Assembly (NCBI GenBank): GCA_900547565.1
Contig: URHI01000003.1
Coordinates: 1-50,574, forward strand
Direction: 5' to 3'
Origin: an uncultured Eubacteriales bacterium
GTDB lineage: Bacteria; Bacillota; Clostridia; Oscillospirales; CAG-272
DNA: 50,574 nucleotides
Shown here: positions 17,258-25,902 of the stretch, piece after piece
Layout: every line of letters starts with the position of its first letter
Numbering within the stretch: position 1 is the stretch's first letter
Notes under the pieces: generated by a model
Database searches by the model: none
What the model was told of the DNA's origin: nothing
Seen by the model: only the letters and a program-made list of their open reading frames with translations
Program-made: the position numbers and the translations under genes

Positions 17258-17452
17258 ATGGGAAAGATTAAAACACACAGAGCCTCTGCCAAGAGATTTT
17301 CTGTTACCGGCACCGGTAAGGTTAAAATGAATCACCCCCCCCCCCGCCATAAGCTGGGCCTGAAGGACCAGAAGCGCAAGAGACATCTTCGCACTGCGTC
17401 CTATGTACAGGGTGCTATGGCCGCTAACATGAGAAATCTGATTCAGAAATAA
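17258..17452 (+). CDS. rpmI: 50S ribosomal protein L35
   Basis: MGKIKTHRASAKRF..TG.GK.K, 64 aa; AAGGAG SD 8 nt upstream of ATG 17258. Contains an 11-nt C run (17335-17345). Confidence 0.93.
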   Translation: MGKIKTHRASAKRFSVTGTGKVKMNHPPPRHKLGLKDQKRKRHLRTASYVQGAMAANMRNLIQK

Positions 17453-17476
17453 CCGGAAATTGGGAGGAATAGAACA

Positions 17477-17830
17477 ATGGCAAGAATTAAGGGCGCGGTT
17501 ACAACCCGCAAGAGAAGAAATAAAGTACTGAAGGCCGCTAAGGGCTACTGGGGTGCGAAATCAAAGCATTTCAAGATGGCCAAGCAGGCCGTCATGAAGA
17601 GCGGTAACTATGCTTTTGCAGGCCGCAAGCTGAAAAAGAGAGATTTCCGTCAGCTGTGGATCACCCGTATTTCCGCTCAGTCCAAGCTGAACGGTATGAA
17701 TTATTCCACATTTATGCACGGACTCAAAAAGGCTGGTATCGACCTCAACCGTAAGATGCTGTCCGAGATCGCTATTTCCGATCCCGCTGCATTTGCAGTG
17801 CTGGCAGAGAAGGCCAAGGCTGCTCTCTGA
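17477..17830 (+). CDS. rplT: 50S ribosomal protein L20
   Basis: [26 protein letters not shown]......A.Q.V.....YA...R...KR.FR.LWI.RI.A, 117 aa. Confidence 0.96.
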   Translation: MARIKGAVTTRKRRNKVLKAAKGYWGAKSKHFKMAKQAVMKSGNYAFAGRKLKKRDFRQLWITRISAQSKLNGMNYSTFMHGLKKAGIDLNRKMLSEIAISDPAAFAVLAEKAKAAL

Positions 17831-17844
17831 GGCAACAAAACAGT

Positions 17845-17877
17845 GAAAACCCGGTAAATAACGCCGGGTTTTCTCAT
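17845..17877 (+). terminator. intrinsic terminator after rplT
   Basis: GAAAACCCGG-9 nt-CCGGGTTTTC followed by a T-rich stretch. Confidence 0.8.
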
Positions 17878-17930
17878 ATTCATTGATATTCATGAAATTT
17901 CGTAATAATATGCGCAGAACGGTGTAGTAT

Positions 17931-18767
17931 ATGGAAGAATTAATTTCGTCACGTCACAATCAGACGATAGTCAGTATATGCAAGCTCTCAGACCGAAAAA
18001 ACCGAGAGGCTGCGCGTCTTTTCCGCTTTGACGGTATAAAGCTGTGTGCCGAGGCCATACTTGCCTGTGTGGAGCCGGTATATATCCTGCTGCGCCGCGG
18101 TGACTGTGAGCCGGTATCTCAACGTATACGTGATATTTGCGGCAAGAGTCCGCGTGACACCGGTGCGCGTGTAATAGTGCTTGAAAACAGTCTTTTCGAC
18201 GCCGTGTCGGAAGAAAAATCTCCCGAAGGTGTGATAACTGTTGCAAAATATATTGACAAATTTCATAAAGTTGCTACAATAGATAGTAACTCAGCGTTTT
18301 TTGATGGCTTGGGCTCCCGGATAATGCTGCTTGAGGATATCAGAGATCCGGGTAACCTGGGTACAATTATGCGCAGTGCTGCGGCGCTGGGTATGGACGA
18401 GCTGATACTGTGCGGAGATTGCGCCGACATTTACAGCTCCAAAACCGTGCGTGGAAGCATGGGTGCACTGTTCCGTCTCAAGCTGAGCCTGTGCTGGGAC
18501 TCTGCCGCGGCAGTACGCGGAATTCAGACGGCGGGGCGACGTGTGCTTGCAGCAGCGCTGGCAGACAACGCCCGCCCTGTTAAACAGGCGGGACTTCGCG
18601 CATCAGACTGTATAGCCATCGGCAATGAGGGACATGGCCTTGGCCGTGAGGTGATTGATTTGTGTGACGGCAGCGTTATTATCCCAATGAGAGCCGGAAG
18701 CGAGTCGCTAAATGCGGCAACTGCTGCGGCAATATTCATGTGGGAGATATGCGGCTGCGCAGAATAA
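17931..18767 (+). CDS. TrmH/SpoU-family RNA 2'-O-methyltransferase
   Basis: SpoU motifs LEDIRDPGNLGTIMRSA, IAIGNEGHGL and SESLNAATAAAI; N-terminal substrate-binding extension. Confidence 0.85.
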   Translation: MEELISSRHNQTIVSICKLSDRKNREAARLFRFDGIKLCAEAILACVEPVYILLRRGDCEPVSQRIRDICGKSPRDTGARVIVLENSLFDAVSEEKSPEGVITVAKYIDKFHKVATIDSNSAFFDGLGSRIMLLEDIRDPGNLGTIMRSAAALGMDELILCGDCADIYSSKTVRGSMGALFRLKLSLCWDSAAAVRGIQTAGRRVLAAALADNARPVKQAGLRASDCIAIGNEGHGLGREVIDLCDGSVIIPMRAGSESLNAATAAAIFMWEICGCAE

Positions 18768-18870
18768 CCGGATATGATATTGGCAACCGTCAAATTGTGG
18801 TTGATTGATTTGTAACTCATATACCAGCTTTCCGTCTTTGACTACATCATCGAAAGGATTGGGTACCGAT

Positions 18871-20304
18871 ATGCGTTCTGAAAATCTGTATTGGGTTTGG
18901 CTGTCTGAAAAACTGGGTGTGGCGAGTCCTGATCTTCCGCGGCTTATGACGGAATACAGGTCTCCATACGATATTTATGCCGCGCCCCCGGAGGAACTGG
19001 CCGAGATACACAATCTTACACCGGAAGCAGCGCACCGACTGTCTGACAAATCGCTGGAGAGCGCGGCTAATATTGTGGATTTCTGCGCCAAAACGGGAGT
19101 GCGTATTTTGCCTTACAATGATAATGAGTTTCCACGTCTGTTGCGCATGCTTCAGGATCCGCCGGCGCTGCTTTATGTAAAAGGTACTCTGCCGGATATG
19201 AACAGCCGTGTGTGTATCGCGGTAGTCGGAACAAGGCGTATGAGTAAGTACGGACGTGATAACGCTTTCCGCTTCGCTTACGATCTCGGCGCGGCAAGTG
19301 TTGTTGTTGTCAGCGGGCTGGCACTCGGTATAGACGGTGTTGCGGCGGGAGGCGCTATCAGCGGCGGAGGAAAAACAGTAGCGGTGCTGGGCTGCGGTAT
19401 TGACCGTATGTATCCGGTGCAGCACACCAGGCTTGCCGGCCTTGTGGTTGAAAACGGCGCGATCGTTACCGAGTTTGCCCCCGGAACACCGCCTGTCGGT
19501 TCCAACTTTCCTATACGCAACCGTATAATCAGCGGCATGTGTCAGGGAACACTGGTGGTAGAGGCTGACGAGCACAGCGGTGCGCTTATTACGGCAAAAC
19601 GCGCCGATATGCAGGGGCGTCAGGTTTTTGCTATCCCGGGAAACCTGGGAGAACAGAATTCCGAAGGGCCTAATGTGCTTATACGTGATGGTGGCCTTAT
19701 TGCGGTTGAACCGGATGACATACTGGCTGAATATAAGGATTACTACGACAAATTCATTGATATTCCGCGCATGATGGCTGCCCGGCGGCAGTATGATTTT
19801 TCGGAAGAGATTCTTGACCGTATGGGGATATGTGCCCGTGTTCCGAAGGACAGGCAACCTCATACAAACAATGCCCCTTCGGCACCGCGTGAGGCTTTTG
19901 TCAGGACAGGGCGACGCGGAACAAACCCGTCGGCAGATGCCGGCATACAATTCAATGATAACAGCGATGATCGGCTGAGTTCGGCGGATTATGTTTTGCA
20001 GGCTTCAGGTTCCCGTGCGGCGGCACAGATTTCGTTTCATGATACAGGCGCCGGTCAAAATAAGCCTGTGACGACTGTTTATCGGGCCGAACGACGGATA
20101 TCGGATAAATCAGCCGAAGCATTGGCGTCACTTGACGAGCGTCACAGGGCGCTCTTTGCCGAAATGCCGGATGACCGCGCGATAAATACAGACGCGCTTT
20201 CGCGGCTCGGCTTTACCGTAGGAGAAGTCATGAGCATAATGACAAAGCTTGAGATAATGGGTCTTGTCAGCTCGCTTCCCGGCGGATTGTACATCAAAAG
20301 ATAA
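18871..20304 (+). CDS. dprA: DNA-processing protein DprA (Smf)
   Basis: SAM-like N-domain, Rossmann core VVSGLALGIDGVAAGGA...VAVLGCGID..YP, and a C-terminal winged-helix (LSRLGFTVGEVMSIMTKLEIMGLV). ATG 18871 chosen because the conserved N-terminus starts there. 477 aa, with a long low-complexity linker. Confidence 0.9.
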   Translation: MRSENLYWVWLSEKLGVASPDLPRLMTEYRSPYDIYAAPPEELAEIHNLTPEAAHRLSDKSLESAANIVDFCAKTGVRILPYNDNEFPRLLRMLQDPPALLYVKGTLPDMNSRVCIAVVGTRRMSKYGRDNAFRFAYDLGAASVVVVSGLALGIDGVAAGGAISGGGKTVAVLGCGIDRMYPVQHTRLAGLVVENGAIVTEFAPGTPPVGSNFPIRNRIISGMCQGTLVVEADEHSGALITAKRADMQGRQVFAIPGNLGEQNSEGPNVLIRDGGLIAVEPDDILAEYKDYYDKFIDIPRMMAARRQYDFSEEILDRMGICARVPKDRQPHTNNAPSAPREAFVRTGRRGTNPSADAGIQFNDNSDDRLSSADYVLQASGSRAAAQISFHDTGAGQNKPVTTVYRAERRISDKSAEALASLDERHRALFAEMPDDRAINTDALSRLGFTVGEVMSIMTKLEIMGLVSSLPGGLYIKR

Positions 20305-20325
20305 TTATTTTAAGGATTAAATATT

Positions 20326-22590
20326 ATGGCAAATCTTGTAATAGTGGAGTCACCTTCTAAAGCTGCTACAATAAAGGGCTATCTTGGCTCAAATTATAAG
20401 GTGGTGGCTTCCAAGGGGCATGTCCGTGACCTGCCCAAAAGTACCATGGGTGTTGATATTGATAATAATTTTGCCCCCCATTACATTAACATTCGAGGCA
20501 AGGGGGATCTGATAAAGGAGATCAAAAAGGAAGCAAAGGCTGCAGGCAAGGTGTTCCTTGCAACCGACCCTGACCGTGAAGGAGAGGCGATCTCGTGGCA
20601 TCTCGCCATGACGTTGGGTATACCCGTTGATAAAACCCTGCGTGTAACCTTTAACGAGATCACCAAAACGGCGGTTAAATCGTCCATTAAGGCTCCGCGT
20701 CAGATCGACATGAATTTGGTCAATGCGCAACAGGCGCGCAGGATCCTTGACCGCATCGTCGGCTATAAACTGTCTCCGTATCTCTGGAAGACAGTAAAAA
20801 GCGGTCTTTCGGCAGGGCGAGTGCAGTCCGTAGCTACCAGAATTATTGTCGACCGTGAGGAGGAGATACGAGCGTTTGTCCCGGAGGAATACTGGACCAT
20901 AGATGCTCACCTAGATTGTTCCGGCTCGAATCTCATAGCGCATTTCTACGGTGATGAGAGTGGGAGAATTCGTATTGCCAATCATGCTGAGGCTGAAAAA
21001 ATAAAATCGGCAGTAGACGGCAAGCCGTTTACTGTAAGCTCGGTAAAGCGCGGTGTGCGCCATAAGACACCGGCGCCTCCATTTACTACCTCAACAATGC
21101 AGCAGGAAGCGTCGCGCAAGCTGGGATTTCAGTCGGCGCGTACCATGCGGGTGGCACAGGAGCTTTATGAGGGTATTAACTTGGGTGTGGAAAACGGCGG
21201 TGTACAGGGTCTTATCACATACATGAGAACCGATTCACTCCGTATATCTTCCGAGGCACAGCAGGCCGCCAAGCAATACATTGTTGCCAAGTACGGTGAA
21301 AAGTATTATCCTGCCTCCTCACGCAATTACAAGACACGGGCAGGGGCGCAGGACGCACATGAAGCAATCCGGCCGTCCGTGATGGCATTGGAGCCGCTTG
21401 CTATCCGTAAGCATCTGACTATAGATCAGTACAGGCTGTATAAGCTGATTTGGGAACGCTTTGTGGCAAGCCAGATGCAGTCAGCCGAGCTTAACACAGT
21501 AGTGGCCGATTTCAACAGTCAGGGATATATTTTCCGCGCAAGCGGTTATACCGTGGCATTCCCGGGATATATGGCTGTGTATGAGGAAACCGAAGATGAG
21601 CATCGCAGTACTGCCGATGATGACAATTATGATGTCAAGGACATGCTGATACCCGATATCAAGCAGGGGCAGTTGCTCGACTGTACTGCCATTGATGCAG
21701 ACCAGCATTTTACTGAGGCACCTCCGCGGTATACCGAAGCATCGCTTATCAAATTTCTCGAAGAAAAGGGAATAGGACGCCCCAGCACTTATACCCCTAT
21801 TATTACAACAATTATCGGCCGCAATTACGTCAGCCGGGACGGCAAATCCCTGGTACCTACGCAGCTTGGGGAAGTAACGACAAAGCTGATGAAGGAAAAC
21901 TTCGCTGATGTTGTCAATTACCGCTTCACCGCTGAAATGGAGACCAATCTGGATGAGATCGAACGCGGTAAGGTAGATATGAACAAGGTGCTCTCGGATT
22001 TCTGGTCGGATTTCAGCAAAGAGCTTGAGGCAGCGGACAAAAGCACGGTTGACGGCGGATTGCTGCCGCCGCCCGAAGAAACGGATATGATCTGCGAAAA
22101 GTGCGGCAGCCGCATGGTGGTCAAGATGGGACGTTACGGCAAATTTGCCGCCTGCCCCAATTATCCTCAGTGCCGCAACACCAAGCCGCTGGAGCCTGTA
22201 TCTGACAAAGGCGAGGATCAAAAAGCGCAAAAGCCGTTGGAGATTGCCGACTTCAAGTGCGAAAGGTGCGGAGGAGACATGGTGCTGAGAACCGGTAAGT
22301 TCGGCAGCTTTTATGCCTGCGTCAATTACCCGAAGTGCCGCTTTACCAAACAAAAAGTCAAGGAAACAGACGTGCCGTGCCCCAAATGCGGGGCCAAGAT
22401 CATAATAAAGCACGGGCGTAACAAGACTGTGTTTTATAGCTGTGAACGTTATCCGGAATGCGATTTTTCGTCATGGGACGCGCCGACGCTTGAAAAATGT
22501 CCCAAGTGCGGGGGCATGCTGTTCCGCCGCAAAGGCAAGGATACACTGTATTGCCGTACCGAGGGATGCGGCTACGAGTCCGAAAAATGA
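20326..22590 (+). CDS. topA: DNA topoisomerase I
   Basis: TOPRIM LVIVESPSKA...ATDPDREGEAISWH, active-site Tyr context ITYMRTDS, and four C-terminal C4 zinc ribbons (CEKCGS..CPNYPQC, CERCGG..CVNYPKC, CPKCGA..CERYPEC, CPKCGG..C..EGC). Confidence 0.97.
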   Translation: MANLVIVESPSKAATIKGYLGSNYKVVASKGHVRDLPKSTMGVDIDNNFAPHYINIRGKGDLIKEIKKEAKAAGKVFLATDPDREGEAISWHLAMTLGIPVDKTLRVTFNEITKTAVKSSIKAPRQIDMNLVNAQQARRILDRIVGYKLSPYLWKTVKSGLSAGRVQSVATRIIVDREEEIRAFVPEEYWTIDAHLDCSGSNLIAHFYGDESGRIRIANHAEAEKIKSAVDGKPFTVSSVKRGVRHKTPAPPFTTSTMQQEASRKLGFQSARTMRVAQELYEGINLGVENGGVQGLITYMRTDSLRISSEAQQAAKQYIVAKYGEKYYPASSRNYKTRAGAQDAHEAIRPSVMALEPLAIRKHLTIDQYRLYKLIWERFVASQMQSAELNTVVADFNSQGYIFRASGYTVAFPGYMAVYEETEDEHRSTADDDNYDVKDMLIPDIKQGQLLDCTAIDADQHFTEAPPRYTEASLIKFLEEKGIGRPSTYTPIITTIIGRNYVSRDGKSLVPTQLGEVTTKLMKENFADVVNYRFTAEMETNLDEIERGKVDMNKVLSDFWSDFSKELEAADKSTVDGGLLPPPEETDMICEKCGSRMVVKMGRYGKFAACPNYPQCRNTKPLEPVSDKGEDQKAQKPLEIADFKCERCGGDMVLRTGKFGSFYACVNYPKCRFTKQKVKETDVPCPKCGAKIIIKHGRNKTVFYSCERYPECDFSSWDAPTLEKCPKCGGMLFRRKGKDTLYCRTEGCGYESEK

Positions 22591-22600
22591 GGTTTGGTGA

Positions 22601-23926
22601 ATGAAAGACAAACTGACAATATGCGGTGCAGGCCTTGCCGGCTGTGAGGCGGCATGGCAGGCCGCACAGCGCGGAGTACCGGTAAGGCTTATTGAAATGA
22701 AGCCGGAGAAATATACTCCGGCTCATCATGACGCGCGTTTTTCCGAGCTTGTTTGCTCCAACTCACTGCGCTCCGACCGTGTGTCAAATGCAGTAGGACT
22801 GCTCAAGGAGGAGCTGCGGCGGCTGGGCTCGCTTATTATGGAGGCGGCTTATGCCAGCCGGGTACCGGCAGGTTCTGCACTTGCAGTAGACCGGCATCAG
22901 TTCTCGGAATACATCACAAATAAAGTAAAAAGCCATCCTAATATACAGGTTGTTTGCGGAGAAGTGACATCGGTTGACGACGAGGGCATCACAATTATCG
23001 CTACCGGACCGCTTACATCTGACCCTATGGCGGACTATATACAAAATACGCTTGGTTGCGGCGGACTTCACTTTTTTGATGCTGCTGCCCCTATAGTCGA
23101 TGCCTCCGGGATAGACATGAATGTAGCCTATTTCGGGTCGCGCTATGACAAGGGAGATGCCGATTATATCAACTGCCCCATGACGCGTGAGCAGTATGAC
23201 GCATTTTATAACGCACTGATCAATGCACGCGAGGCTGAACTCAAGGACTTTGACCGCGAAACGCAAAAAGAGCTCGAGGTGTTTGAGGGCTGTATGCCGG
23301 TTGAGGTTATGGCACGGCGCGGCTACGACACACTTCGCTTCGGCCCGCTTAAGCCGGTCGGGCTTGTCGATAAGCGCACGGGGCGTGAGGCATATGCGGT
23401 GGTTCAGCTGCGAAAGGAGAACGTCGAGGGGACAATGTACAATCTTGTCGGCTTTCAGACGCACCTTGCGTTTCCCGAACAAAAGCGTGTCTTTGGCATG
23501 ATACCCGGGCTTGAGAATGCAGAGTTCCTGCGCTACGGTATAATGCATAGGAACACTTATCTCAATTCGCCCGGTCTGCTCAACTGCTATTACGGGTTGA
23601 TAGCGCGTCCTGAGATCTATTTTGCGGGGCAGATGACCGGAGTTGAGGGTTATGTTGAGTCTGCGGGAAGCGGATTTGTGGCAGGCGTGTCGGCTGCGGC
23701 ACAGTTTGCAGGCAAGGCACCGCTTGTATTTCCCGAAACTACTATGCTTGGAGCTATGGCGGCATATGTCAGCCGCGGCGGTGTGGGTAAATTCGTGCCC
23801 ATGAACGCAAATTTCGGCATTATTCAATCCTTAGATAAAAGGGTCAAGGGCGGTAAGCTGGCAAAAAACGAAGCACTTGCCGGGCGCTCTCTTGAGGAGA
23901 TAGACAGGATCAAGAATCTTATCTGA
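22601..23926 (+). CDS. trmFO: methylenetetrahydrofolate--tRNA-(uracil54-C5)-methyltransferase TrmFO
   Basis: FAD motif ICGAGLAGCEAAWQ, ...SELVCSNSLR..., ...FFDAAAPIV..., ...FAGQ.TGVEGYVES...; downstream of topA as in Bacillus (gid). Confidence 0.95.
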   Translation: MKDKLTICGAGLAGCEAAWQAAQRGVPVRLIEMKPEKYTPAHHDARFSELVCSNSLRSDRVSNAVGLLKEELRRLGSLIMEAAYASRVPAGSALAVDRHQFSEYITNKVKSHPNIQVVCGEVTSVDDEGITIIATGPLTSDPMADYIQNTLGCGGLHFFDAAAPIVDASGIDMNVAYFGSRYDKGDADYINCPMTREQYDAFYNALINAREAELKDFDRETQKELEVFEGCMPVEVMARRGYDTLRFGPLKPVGLVDKRTGREAYAVVQLRKENVEGTMYNLVGFQTHLAFPEQKRVFGMIPGLENAEFLRYGIMHRNTYLNSPGLLNCYYGLIARPEIYFAGQMTGVEGYVESAGSGFVAGVSAAAQFAGKAPLVFPETTMLGAMAAYVSRGGVGKFVPMNANFGIIQSLDKRVKGGKLAKNEALAGRSLEEIDRIKNLI

Positions 23927-23931
23927 TTTTT

Positions 23932-24981
23932 ATGGAAGGGAAAAAAGTGAAAATAATTGTTGATGCTATGGGCGGCGATCATGCACCCGAAGAAATTGTC
24001 AGAGGTGCATTTGAGGCCGCGGACGAGTACGGCTGTGAGCTGGTGCTGTGCGGTGATGAAGGCAGGATACGTGATCTGGCAACCCGGAACGGTTGGCCGT
24101 TGGATAAACATCGCATAGTTCACTCAGACATTGCGGTCAGTATGGAGGACGACCCGATGGTGGTGCTTCACTCAAAAAAAGAGTCGTCCATGTGTGTTGG
24201 ACTGCGTTTGCTTGCGGCTGGCGAGGGAGATGCATTTGTCAGCGCAGGAAATACCGGGGCACTGTTCACTGCGGCAAGCCTGATAGTTCGCAAAGTACCG
24301 GGACTGCAGCGCGCCGCGATAGCGAGCATAATTCCTATGAAGCCGCCGGTGCTGCTGCTTGACTCAGGAGCCAACGTAACGGTAAATGACGAGTACCTCG
24401 AACAGTTTGCCGTTATGGGCAGTGTTTACATGAAAAGTATTTACGGGATACCGTGTCCGCGTGTCGGACTGCTGAATAACGGTACCGAGGAGTGTAAGGG
24501 AACGCAGCTGCAGATGGATACATACAAACGGCTGTCCGTCAATCCCGACATTAATTTTATTGGTAACGTGGAGGCTAATCACATTCCGCTTGATGCATGT
24601 GATGTGCTGGTGACAGATGGCTTTACCGGAAACATACTGCTTAAATCCATTGAAGGTATGGGAAGGCTCATGCTGACGACCTTGCGTGACTGCTTCACCG
24701 CGAATCTGCGAACGAAAATCGCTGCGGGACTGGTCAAGGACAAAATTAATGGTATCAAAAAGGATTTTGATTCATCGGAGTATGGGGGAGCACCGCTTCT
24801 CGGATTGCGCCGTCCCGTCATTAAGGCGCATGGGTCTTCAAAAGCCAAAGCACTCAAAAATGCCGTACGTCAGGCTATCGGATATTCCGGCAACGGAATA
24901 ATTGACGAGATCACCGACGAAATAAAGCGTATAAGTGCTCAGCCCCGTCCGACCGGTACTGCCCCGGAGGAAGACAAATGA
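23932..24981 (+). CDS. plsX: phosphate acyltransferase PlsX
   Basis: KIIVDAMGGDHAPEEIV..., ...FVSAGNTGA..., ...GFTGNILLK..., ...GAPLLGL..PVIKAHGSS. Confidence 0.95.
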   Translation: MEGKKVKIIVDAMGGDHAPEEIVRGAFEAADEYGCELVLCGDEGRIRDLATRNGWPLDKHRIVHSDIAVSMEDDPMVVLHSKKESSMCVGLRLLAAGEGDAFVSAGNTGALFTAASLIVRKVPGLQRAAIASIIPMKPPVLLLDSGANVTVNDEYLEQFAVMGSVYMKSIYGIPCPRVGLLNNGTEECKGTQLQMDTYKRLSVNPDINFIGNVEANHIPLDACDVLVTDGFTGNILLKSIEGMGRLMLTTLRDCFTANLRTKIAAGLVKDKINGIKKDFDSSEYGGAPLLGLRRPVIKAHGSSKAKALKNAVRQAIGYSGNGIIDEITDEIKRISAQPRPTGTAPEEDK

Positions 24982-25712
24982 ATTTACCTATGGATATTTC
25001 CGGGTTTGAGGCCCGTATAGGATATACATTCAAAAATAAATCGCTCATTGAAACGGCACTTACCCATTCCTCTTACTCACATGAGCTGAAGGCACGGCAT
25101 ATTGACTGTGAATACAACGAGCGGCTTGAGTTTTTGGGTGACTCGGTGCTGTCTATCGTTGTCAGCGAGTATCTGTATACTCATTATGCCGACCGCCATG
25201 CCGAAGGGGATCTTACCCGTATGCGTGCCGATGTCGTGTGCGAAAATGCATTGGCTCGTTATGCACGCAAGGTCGAGCTTGGAAAGTATCTGCGTCTCGG
25301 CAGAGGAGAGGACAAAAACCACGGACGTGAGCGGAAATCCATTATAGCAGATGCCTTTGAAGCAACACTGGCGGCAATGTATCTGGATGCCGGTGAGCGG
25401 GGCAAGCAGGTGGTGTCGGACTATCTTATGCCTTTTGTGCTTGAGGAGCTTGAGCGCTTTGTCGGAAATGACAACGGCAGAGAGGTCGCTCAGGACTATA
25501 AAACGCATCTGCAGCAGTTCATCCAGCAGTCTGACAACGAACAGCCTGAGTATATAACGGTGGGTGAGTCGGGGCCTGATCATGAAAAAGTATTCGAGGT
25601 TGAGGCACGGCTTAATTCCAATGTGATAGGCCGCGGTTCGGGACACTCAAAGCGCGAGGCAGAGCAAAACGCAGCACGCCAGGCGCTGGAGTTGTTCGGA
25701 GAACTGAAATAA
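24978..25712 (+). CDS. rnc: ribonuclease III
   Basis: Signature NERLEFLGDSVL, ...ADAFEA..AA.YLD, C-terminal dsRBD (...GPDHEK.F.VE......G.G.G.SK.EAEQ.AA..AL). Its ATG overlaps the plsX stop (ATGA). Confidence 0.96.
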   Translation: MNLPMDISGFEARIGYTFKNKSLIETALTHSSYSHELKARHIDCEYNERLEFLGDSVLSIVVSEYLYTHYADRHAEGDLTRMRADVVCENALARYARKVELGKYLRLGRGEDKNHGRERKSIIADAFEATLAAMYLDAGERGKQVVSDYLMPFVLEELERFVGNDNGREVAQDYKTHLQQFIQQSDNEQPEYITVGESGPDHEKVFEVEARLNSNVIGRGSGHSKREAEQNAARQALELFGELK

Positions 25713-25822
25713 AAACACGCTTCGCGAATAGCTGTGTGCGTCCAATGATTAAAGGGGTTGGCACGGCTTTTCGCGGGCGTTTTTTGTCGGCTGAAAAATA
25801 TGCGCATTATGGCAAATCACTG

Positions 25823-25851
25823 TTGAAATTTTGCACAAGATATGGTATAAT
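25823..25851 (+). promoter_or_regulatory. sigma-A promoter ahead of radical-SAM/smc/ftsY
   Basis: TTGAAA (25823-25828), 17 nt, TGgTATAAT (TATAAT at 25846-25851). Confidence 0.65.
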
Positions 25852-25902
25852 AATATATATTAATGTCAAAATGTTGAAAGATGCAGAAGTGTGGCGGCTT
25901 GT

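Noticed and set aside
18847-19950. 367-aa ORF antisense to dprA. Similar shadows: 21481-22413 (antisense to topA), 22784-23827 (trmFO), 36219-36956 (dnaK), 8995-9891 (the carboxypeptidase gene), 10052-10849, 25077-25646, 27057-27719, 38416-39216 and 49639-50133.
   Set aside because: The four checked (dprA, topA, trmFO, dnaK) are in the codon-aligned antisense frame, so the same codon-bias explanation applies. All lie wholly inside strongly supported conserved genes and give Arg/Cys/His-rich junk translations.
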